Positions 37,696-44,681 of a stretch of 44,681 nucleotides of DNA are shown here, one piece after another. This stretch comes from Gammaproteobacteria bacterium (GTDB lineage Bacteria > Pseudomonadota > Gammaproteobacteria > GCA-001735895). The notes below the pieces were generated by a model. The model saw only the letters and a list, made by a program, of their open reading frames with translations. It was not told where the DNA came from and searched no databases. The first letter of the stretch is position 1; each line of letters starts with the position of its first letter. Both the position numbers and the translations under genes were made by a program. The stretch covers positions 1 to 44,681 of the forward strand of contig JAACFA010000035.1 of NCBI GenBank assembly GCA_009937625.1, in the 5' to 3' direction.

Positions 37696-38163
37696 CTAGC
37701 CCAGTCCCTGCACCAGCTCCAGCATCGCCTGCGCGTGGCCCTTGGCTTTCACCTTGTAGTCGACGTGTGCCAGCTTGCCCTGCTTGTCGATGACAAAGGT
37801 CGAACGACCGATGCCCATGTAGGTTCTACCCATGAACTTGCGTTCACCCCAGGTGCCGTAAAGTTCACACAGTTCGCCGCCGGTATCGGCCAGTAGCTTG
37901 ACCTTGAGGTCGTGCTTGTTGATGAATTTCTGGTGTTTTTCGCAACTGTCCTTGCTCACACCAAGCACCACGGTATCGGCGGCGCCGAACTGGTCGATGA
38001 GGCCGGTAAACTCGTTGGCCTCGACGGTGCAGCCCGGGGTATCGTCCTTGGGATAAAAATAAAGCACGACATTCTTGCTGCCGCGGAATTGCGCGAGGCT
38101 GATCTCGTCGCCGTTCTGATCGATCGAGGTGAAATCGGGAGCGAGCTGATTCTGTTCAAGCAT
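37696..38163 (-). CDS. bcp: Peroxiredoxin Bcp/PrxQ
   Basis: APDF, VVLYFYPKDDTPGCTVEA, GVSKD and RSTFVID. Confidence 0.92.
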   Translation of the reverse strand: MLEQNQLAPDFTSIDQNGDEISLAQFRGSKNVVLYFYPKDDTPGCTVEANEFTGLIDQFGAADTVVLGVSKDSCEKHQKFINKHDLKVKLLADTGGELCELYGTWGERKFMGRTYMGIGRSTFVIDKQGKLAHVDYKVKAKGHAQAMLELVQGLG

Positions 38164-38404
38164 AGGGAGCGTCCGTTATGAATGGTAAGCGATGGAAACG
38201 AGCGCCAATGATAAGAGAGCCTCCGCCAAACATCAAAGCACAAGCCGTAGGGTTAATTGCCGCGGCTAGATCTTGCTCGATCCGTCACGGCCCCTGAGGA
38301 AACAGATTACCCGGGCCACCGGGAGAATCCCGGGCCCGGGTGTCGTCTCTGGCGCCCTCGGTAAGACTTCGAGAAACCGAGATTACGGCGACCGACGCCG
38401 ACCC

Positions 38405-38854
38405 TTAGTGGTAAATGGCGGCCGTAGTGTTGCTTTCGGGCGGATTCGACAGGTAGAAATCGACCTCGATGGCGTCGAAATGAGTTACCGACAGTGGTTT
38501 TGTCACCTTGCATTCGATGGCTTCCTGCAGGCCCTCGGCGTCCATCCAGCAGTCGAAATATTCTTCTCTGATCACCGCGCCCATGGTATCGAGGAATTTG
38601 ACGCGGGCATTGAATTGCGCAAGGTCCTGGCCGCTGCCATTAGAAAACATGACGTTGATGGTGCCGTTGCCCTCGCTATCGGTGACGACGTTCATGTAAC
38701 CGTAAGCCTGTTCGATGGGGCCAAGCTGTGCATCCACCATCCTGGCATCGGCGTGAAATTCGAACGGGTGCGAGGCCGCGGTGGCCGGCTGCGAGCACAG
38801 TAGCGACACGAAAAGCACTGCCAGCACCTGGAAATATGAGCTTTGAATTGACAT
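38405..38854 (-). CDS. Hypothetical secreted protein
   Basis: Signal-peptide-like N-terminus ending PATA-A; ATG at 38854 follows AAGGTG; two Cys near the C-terminus. Confidence 0.65.
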   Translation of the reverse strand: MSIQSSYFQVLAVLFVSLLCSQPATAASHPFEFHADARMVDAQLGPIEQAYGYMNVVTDSEGNGTINVMFSNGSGQDLAQFNARVKFLDTMGAVIREEYFDCWMDAEGLQEAIECKVTKPLSVTHFDAIEVDFYLSNPPESNTTAAIYH

Positions 38855-38967
38855 TTGATTCACCTTTATCTGCGCGGTTTCTGTTTCGATGAACAGATTT
38901 ATACCGGGGTGCTGTGAAAAATCGGTGAAAAACAGAAATTACTTTGCCGTTTGACCCTGAACTCCTG

Positions 38968-39714
38968 TCAGAGGCCACCCAGCGCGGTGACGATAATGTA
39001 AACGCCGAGCGCCAGTAGCGCGATAAAAAACACCTTTCTGAACAGCGATTCGGAAATAACCCTTCGAATGCGCTGGCCCAGCAGCATCCCGATGACCGCC
39101 GGGAGCAATGCCAGCGCCGAGTAGGCGCCGAGTTCCAGGTCGAGCAGGGCGTTACCCTGCAGGGCCACCGCAAGCGCCAGTGTCGACAGGGTAAACAGCA
39201 TACCCATCGCCTGGATTAACGCGTTGCGATCGAATCCAAGCGCCTGCAGGTAGAGGACGCCGGGCACCACGAACGATCCAGTCATGCCGGTTAGAGTCCC
39301 GTTTACCAGGCCCAGCAGCGGTCCGAGCCAGCTCGCCTGGCGCGTCGAAATCGACAATCGAAACCCGACCAGGCTGACGACCGAGTAGGCCGTGAGCAGG
39401 GTACCCAGCAGCGCGGAAAGCAGCGACAACTGCAGGTGGTTGAGCGCCTGCGCCCCGAACCAGATACTGAGCGTGGCTGCCAGCAGGAATGGCCATGTCC
39501 GCTGCAGGATAAGCCTGGCGTAACCGCCGACCATGGCCTGCCAGAGGTTGGTGACAAACGATGGTACCAGTAGCAGGGCCATCGCCGTCGGCAGATCGAT
39601 CGCCACGGTCAGTATCGCGAGGCTGACGGTAGGGAGGCCCAGGCCGATAACGCCCTTGACCAGGCCCGCGAGCAGGAAGGTCGCCAGAATCAGAACAACG
39701 GTGGCGTCAATCAT
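38968..39714 (-). CDS. TauE/SafE (TSUP) family membrane transporter
   Basis: AGLVKGVIGLGLPTV and G..NGTLTGMTGSFVVPG repeats; about 8 TM segments. Confidence 0.88.
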   Translation of the reverse strand: MIDATVVLILATFLLAGLVKGVIGLGLPTVSLAILTVAIDLPTAMALLLVPSFVTNLWQAMVGGYARLILQRTWPFLLAATLSIWFGAQALNHLQLSLLSALLGTLLTAYSVVSLVGFRLSISTRQASWLGPLLGLVNGTLTGMTGSFVVPGVLYLQALGFDRNALIQAMGMLFTLSTLALAVALQGNALLDLELGAYSALALLPAVIGMLLGQRIRRVISESLFRKVFFIALLALGVYIIVTALGGL

Positions 39715-39882
39715 CCCGGGACGCGACCTGTTTCAGGGCAGGTCGCGGATCAACAAACCGCTCGGGAATCGCCGGAATCGAGGTAAACATTCTTTTGTTA
39801 TCACCAACTATACATCGTTCCCAGAACGCCTCGCCTCGGCAGCCGACGGGACGCGAGACGGTTTGCCGATCCGATCTCGTGG

Positions 39883-40314
39883 TTACGATCTATTCTGGGA
39901 CCAGAAACTGTGGAGCACGATTTGAGCCGTGCTCGGGTTATCCCCGGGCATTTCAAGAATCATTTCGATCAGCTTTCTTTCGCCGGGCGAGCCGACGTAA
40001 CCTTCGACATCCCTGGTCCGGTAGGCCATGGCCCAGTCACCAAACTGGCGGCTCTCGATGGCCTCCCGGGACACCAGAATGATCCCGCTGTGCAGTTCGT
40101 CTTCCTGAATTATCTTATAGATGATATCGACATTATCCCTCGGACCTTCAATGTATTGCATGAAGTTGCCACCGATGTAAAGCAGGATGCCGGTAACGCC
40201 ATATCCCTTGTTTCGTTCCCGTGCCCGTCTTAACAGGTAATCGATCTCCTCATGACTCAAAAGCCGTACGGCTGACGAAACGTAAACAAGCGAATCTAGA
40301 TTTTCGTCAGACAT
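39883..40314 (-). CDS. Stand-alone BLUF blue-light sensor
   Basis: LVYVSSA, ARERN..VTGILL, FMQYIEG, DxxH and RQFGDWAM, with the conserved Tyr/Asn/Gln/Trp/Met. Confidence 0.9.
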   Translation of the reverse strand: MSDENLDSLVYVSSAVRLLSHEEIDYLLRRARERNKGYGVTGILLYIGGNFMQYIEGPRDNVDIIYKIIQEDELHSGIILVSREAIESRQFGDWAMAYRTRDVEGYVGSPGERKLIEMILEMPGDNPSTAQIVLHSFWSQNRS

Positions 40315-40474
40315 CTCTACACCCAAAGCTCATATCAGCGGCCTGGCTTTAACCCTCGAAGGATGTTAAATGACATTAACTCATTGATATAAAATAACTT
40401 TTTAACCCTAAGACTGTTCTTCTGTCAACCTGAACAAGCTATCTTAACAGAGTATTCGTGTTGCCTGAATGCGG

Positions 40475-41362
40475 CTAGCGGTAGCACCAGTACTTGACTG
40501 CCTGGCGGTCGAGGAACGCCTCGGCTTCCTTGCCCTGCAGCATCGCTAGCGTGGACAGGATGCCGGCCTCGGTGCAGGTAGCCGCGGCCACCGTCACCGA
40601 GAGCGGGGACTCGGTGTTGGGCCAGCCGGTATTCGGATTCAGGATGTGCCCGTAGCGTTTGCCATTGTGCAGGATGAACTTGAATACGTCGCCGCTGGTG
40701 GCGAGCGCGCCGCGCTTGAGTTGGATCACCGCGTTCGCGTCACCCGCGCGGTGCGGGTTTTCGATGCCGGTCATCCAGGCCGAGCCGTCCGCCAGCGGCC
40801 GGCGGGCGTGGCAGTCGCCGCCAAAATTCACCAGGAAACTGTCGTCGGTGTTACGGGATAAGAGGCGCAGCGCGGAGTCGACGGCATACTCCTTGCCGAT
40901 GCCGCCGAAATCGATTTCCATGCCCGGGGGCAGCGTCAGGTAGGGTTTGTCCCAGGTGACTTTTTGCCAGCCGATGTGGGGCAGCAGGCGGTCGATTTCG
41001 GGCTGTGTCGGTATGCGTCCGCCATCGACGAACTTCCAGGCGCGGCGCAGAATGCCGGATGTGATATCGAACCAGCCGTCGCTCAGGTCGTAGCAGTTTT
41101 GCGCGAAGTCGAGCATGAGCGCGGTTTCGGCGTCGACTTCGATACGCCCGGCGCCGCTATTGATTTGATGGACGATATTGTCGTTGCGATAGCGGCTGAA
41201 TTTTTGCTCGATACGCAGCGCTTCGTTTTGCGCCAGTTCCAGCAATTCCCGCGCTGATGCCTTGCTGTTTCCTTCGAGCAGGACTTCGCAGGGACTGGCC
41301 ATGCATTGAAACCGGCCGACCCACAATTTTCCGCGTCTGCTGATGCTCAAGGATTTCGTCAC
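40475..41362 (-). CDS. apbE: FAD:protein FMN transferase (ApbE); start uncertain
   Basis: MASPCE, IEQKFSRYR, SDGWFDIT, DFGGIGKEYAVD, VNFGGD, ATSGD, YGHILNPNTGWP and SVTV. Confidence 0.9.
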   Translation of the reverse strand: MTKSLSISRRGKLWVGRFQCMASPCEVLLEGNSKASARELLELAQNEALRIEQKFSRYRNDNIVHQINSGAGRIEVDAETALMLDFAQNCYDLSDGWFDITSGILRRAWKFVDGGRIPTQPEIDRLLPHIGWQKVTWDKPYLTLPPGMEIDFGGIGKEYAVDSALRLLSRNTDDSFLVNFGGDCHARRPLADGSAWMTGIENPHRAGDANAVIQLKRGALATSGDVFKFILHNGKRYGHILNPNTGWPNTESPLSVTVAAATCTEAGILSTLAMLQGKEAEAFLDRQAVKYWCYR

Positions 41363-41477
41363 TGCCGTCGATACCGCCGTCGTTTGCGAACACACGCTCT
41401 CGGCCAATGGCGGGCGGCGCTCCGATGAGGTGCATTTTAGCGCCGCATCGGCCCGGGGCAAAATCGGTTATGGCGCG

Positions 41478-42683
41478 TTACCACCTGAACGAGTAGTTGA
41501 ACTGGACGATCGTGGCTTCCACGGTCGGGTACAGGTCCTGCTGGGCCAGTTGCCCGAAGGCTTCGGATGGCGACGAGTCTCCCTCCTGCTCGTATAGCTC
41601 CAGGCGGAACGACCACGAGCTTTGCTCGTCGATCTGTCTACCGAACTTGAAGCCGACGGTAGTAGCTTCCATTTCACCCAGGCGATAGTCGGCGCTGGCA
41701 TCACTCGGAAGCTCGCCGTCGCGCAGGAAGTAATAATAGAAATCGGCTTCAGATTGCTCGTACCAGCGCAGACGCGGTTGAAAATAATAGCCGTTGTCGA
41801 GGGTCCAGCGGTAGCTGAAGTCGAAGGTGTTCGAATCGACCCCCCAATCGTCCGTCATGAAACGGTACGACGCGGTGAAGATATCCTTGTTGGTAAGAAT
41901 CTTCTTGTACTTGCCGTAGATACTCTGCCGCGAGCGCGAATCGGGGCGGCTTTCGAACAACTGGTTGATCGGTTCGCCGGTAACATTATCGACCTCACTG
42001 ACGAACTTGTAGGGATCGGTCAGGTAGCCATCGGCTTCGCTCAGCGACAGGTTTACCTGGAACAGGCTGGAGCGATCGATTACCTGGGTAACCCCGAGCA
42101 AGAAATCGACGACGGTCCTGGTATCGGTATTATTTTTATCCTGCGCCAGCATATCGGTCAACGGTTCGGGCGCGCCGCCCACCGGGTCGATGTCATCGAA
42201 CTCGACATTGACGCCATAGGACCAGGTCGTATTCTTCTGGTTGGTATCGCGCTGCCACATGGCGTTGCCGCTGAGGGAGGTAAAATCGTATTCCTTCGAA
42301 AGCTTTTCCCAGTTCATGCTGAAGCTGACGCGAGTATCCTTGAAAGTGTCGTCTAACGGGGTCTCGTTGGGCGCGACCTGGTAGCTCCCGTTACCCGACG
42401 GACGGATAAAGGTCTGCACCATAGTAGAGGGCACGGCACCGCTAGCCGACGCGCCGGTCAGGCTGTCGAGCACCAGCTTCATGGTTAGAGATTCGTCGTC
42501 GCCGAGATCCCTGGTGCCGCTGATAACCGGCTCGAAAGCCTCGACGCGATCGTCGGATTCACTGTAGAACAGCACCGCGGTGTCGACATCCCAGTCGCCC
42601 TCTTCGGCCTGCACCGGCGCACCCAGCAGCGAGCAGGTTGCTGCGGACAACAAACCTGCAACCTTTTTTTTGCTTAGTTGCAT
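41478..42683 (-). CDS. DUF3570-type outer-membrane beta-barrel protein
   Basis: Signal peptide, DSLTGAS, DDTFKDTR, SKEYD, GYLTDPYK, ESRPDSR, YRFMTDDWG and SADYRL; C-terminal YSFRW aromatic barrel signature. Confidence 0.8.
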   Translation of the reverse strand: MQLSKKKVAGLLSAATCSLLGAPVQAEEGDWDVDTAVLFYSESDDRVEAFEPVISGTRDLGDDESLTMKLVLDSLTGASASGAVPSTMVQTFIRPSGNGSYQVAPNETPLDDTFKDTRVSFSMNWEKLSKEYDFTSLSGNAMWQRDTNQKNTTWSYGVNVEFDDIDPVGGAPEPLTDMLAQDKNNTDTRTVVDFLLGVTQVIDRSSLFQVNLSLSEADGYLTDPYKFVSEVDNVTGEPINQLFESRPDSRSRQSIYGKYKKILTNKDIFTASYRFMTDDWGVDSNTFDFSYRWTLDNGYYFQPRLRWYEQSEADFYYYFLRDGELPSDASADYRLGEMEATTVGFKFGRQIDEQSSWSFRLELYEQEGDSSPSEAFGQLAQQDLYPTVEATIVQFNYSFRW

Positions 42684-42895
42684 CCACAGCCCCCGCCAGC
42701 AAATCCCTGTCCGCCGCTGGAGGCTTCCTTACTGAAGTAAATGTGTTCGTCGAAGGCAAGATCGAGCGCATCCGCATTCATCAGCATGTCCTCGCGCGCC
42801 AGCAAATCGCGTTCCCAGGGTTTGACGCCGAGCGAAGAACAACCGCTTGCGATCAACGCGCCGCATAAGATGAGGCTATGGCACTTGATATTCAT
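42674..42895 (-). CDS. DUF4266-type small lipoprotein
   Basis: Lipobox (ASGC), VKPWERDLLA, HIYFSKEAS and terminal GGGCGCN. Confidence 0.85.
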   Translation of the reverse strand: MNIKCHSLILCGALIASGCSSLGVKPWERDLLAREDMLMNADALDLAFDEHIYFSKEASSGGQGFAGGGCGCN

Positions 42896-43312
42896 AGTAA
42901 TTCCTCGATTTCACGTTCGTACTTTTCGATGTCCTTGGTGTAGAAGCCGATGTGCTTCTTAACCACCTTGCCGGAGGCGTCTATCAGGTACGAGGTCGGC
43001 ATGCCCTCGACCTTGAATTCTTCGGCGATCCGCCTTCACCTTGCTCAGAAAGCGATGCATGGCCTCGGATTCCGCATCCAGGTTAACCGTGACTACGGTA
43101 AAGGCATCGGCCGGGTATTTGGTTAGCAACTGGTTCATCCAGGGGAATGATCTCTGGCAGGGCTTGCACCAGGACGCCCAGAAGTCGAGGTAGAGCACCT
43201 TGCCGTGGTAACTCGAAAGGTCGAGTTGTTTGATGTCATAAATCTCGGCCCTGGCCGGAATTGCCGCCAGCAGCAACAGCAAGAAAATCGGTTTCATGAG
43301 ATGTCTCGTCAC
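42892..43312 (-). pseudogene. TlpA-family thioredoxin-like disulfide reductase, frameshifted at about 43030 (real or artefact)
   Basis: GKVLYLDFWASWCKPC...FLSKVKAD in one frame; IAEEFKVEGMPTSYLIDASGKVVKKHIGF...EELL* in another, ending in an ATGA overlap with the lipoprotein gene. Confidence 0.8.
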
Positions 43313-43369
43313 GTTATTTTCCTATTTGACACTAACGGCAATACTAGTGTTCCCCGCGTTAACGGTTTG

Positions 43370-44607
43370 TTAATCCGGGAACCGGACTTTCGCGATCATG
43401 CCGCCCGCGGGATTGGGCGCCAGTTCCAGCCCCCAGCCCTGGTAATCGCAGATTAGCTTGGAGATGTAGAGTCCGACCCCGTAGCCCTGACTGTTTTGCC
43501 CGCGATAGCCGAAATCGAAGATGTTTTGCAGGGATTCGCTGTCGATGCCGATACCGCTGTCGGTTATCGTCAGCAGCGACGCCTGCATGTCGATTCTGAT
43601 CGAGCTCTGCTGTCCGTGCTTAACCCCGTTTTTGATCAGGTTGGTCAGGACCACGGTAATTAGCGTCCTGTCGGTTTCGAGAACAATTTCATCGGCGAGC
43701 CGGTTTTCGACAGCGATCTGCTTGGCGTCGAGTTCGAGGCCCAGACTTTCGATGATTTCGTCGACCAGCGGTCGCAGTGCAATCCGCTCGCCCGTGTTGC
43801 GGGTCGGTTGGTCGCGGGTTACGGCCAGCAGCGCGTGAATCATATTGGCCATGTTGGCCGAGGCACGCTGGATCTTTTCCAGGTGAGGCACGGTCTCGGG
43901 GTCGTCGTGGCGGCTGGAAATCAGGTCTGCCGAGGTTTGCACGATAGTCAGCGGCGAGCGCAGCTCGTGGCTTGCCATCGCCGCGAAAGCCATTTGTTTT
44001 TCGACGTAGGAATCCATTTTTCGGGTGTAGGAGTCGAAAGCCTGCGCAATTCTGCCGACCTCGTCGTCTGCGAAGCGATCGCTGAGGCGAACACCACGCT
44101 CTGTGCGATCGGGCCGGACAGCTTCTTGCTCAAAATCCTGGAGATGACAAACACGACGACTAGCAGCACCACCCAGGCAACGCTCAGGATAATTTCGAGC
44201 ATTGCCTCGGAGCGTTCGATTTCGGTAACGTCGTGTCGAATGTAAACCCGATCGTCGCCAACCGAAGCTACCGTGACGTGGTAAGCCTTGTCGTCGATCT
44301 TGATGTCATGATGCACGCCCGCGTCGAGTTCGGCGAGGTAGTCCGAAATCGGCTGCGTCTGCTGTCGGCTTTCCAGGTATATGCTCAGGCTAGCCGAGCG
44401 CGGCAGCGGGGCAGACGGGTTCTTTGCCAGCAATTCCCGGATGTTCTGCAGTTCGTATTCGGTTTGCCTGGCGAGCAGGTCGTCTTCGAGTATTTCGTTC
44501 GAGTAGTAGACGACGAGGGTTAGCAGCGACAGAAAAAACACCGATGCCAGCAGAAAACTGACCATGATTCTGCGAAACAGCGGTGAGCCGCCGAGCAACG
44601 ATTTCAC
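43370..44607 (-). pseudogene. Sensor histidine kinase (2 TM, HAMP, HisKA, HATPase), frameshifted at about 44100 (real or artefact)
   Basis: The first frame reads to ...KKLSGPIAQ; the second resumes ERGVRLSDRFADDEVGRIAQAFDSY...SHELRSPL...NLIKNG..DSGIGI..GVGL. Confidence 0.82.
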
Positions 44608-44681
44608 CGCGCTTCGCTCCCGATACGATAACCAACGCCGTGGATGGTATGGATCAGTTCGCTGTCGAAAGGCTTGTCGAT
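44604..44681 (-). CDS. OmpR-family response regulator, C-terminal fragment
   Basis: Translates IDKPFDSELIHTIHGVGYRIGSEAR*; GTGA overlap with the kinase start. Confidence 0.85.
   Translation of the reverse strand: MDKPFDSELIHTIHGVGYRIGSEAR

Noticed and set aside
38305-38345. GC-rich hairpins at about 38310 and 39722-39747 as ncRNAs
   Set aside because: They are isolated stems without recognisable family features, most simply transcript-end structures.
41363-41461. N-terminal extension of ApbE given in the ORF track
   Set aside because: The sequence has no signal or domain features; a later GTG or TTG start at about 41362-41350 fits better.

Overview
GC-rich proteobacterial-type genomic window (likely a metagenome-derived contig; taxonomy cannot be fixed from sequence alone). 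Its core (about 6.8-35.1 kb) is a methylated-amine catabolism island: TMA monooxygenase (tmm), TMAO demethylase (tdm), a canonical gamma-glutamylmethylamide synthetase (gmaS), folD and fhs for C1 oxidation, two divergent Amt-family channels each followed by a small single-TM protein, and two separate glutamylation/glutamate-synthase-like (mgsABC-like) cassettes. Cassette 1 (10.4-15.5 kb) is divergent from gntR-tdm and has a non-canonical GS-like ligase plus an unknown 129-aa protein. No DMA monooxygenase or DMA/TMA dehydrogenase is in the window, so this cassette is a candidate new route for dimethylamine (inference). Cassette 2 (24.5-31.2 kb) has an MgsB-MgsC fusion and a GltD-like NADPH module fused to a degenerate FMN barrel. 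Flanks: arginase-family fragment, class III cyclase, IOR/Lrp and Usp on the left; GATase1, GGCT, typA, bcp, TauE, BLUF, an ApbE-DUF3570-DUF4266-TlpA module and a two-component system on the right. Three genes are broken by short (about 30 nt) frameshifting deletions that may be assembly artefacts. Two families of REP-like palindromes are present. No rRNA, tRNA, CRISPR array or transposase was seen.
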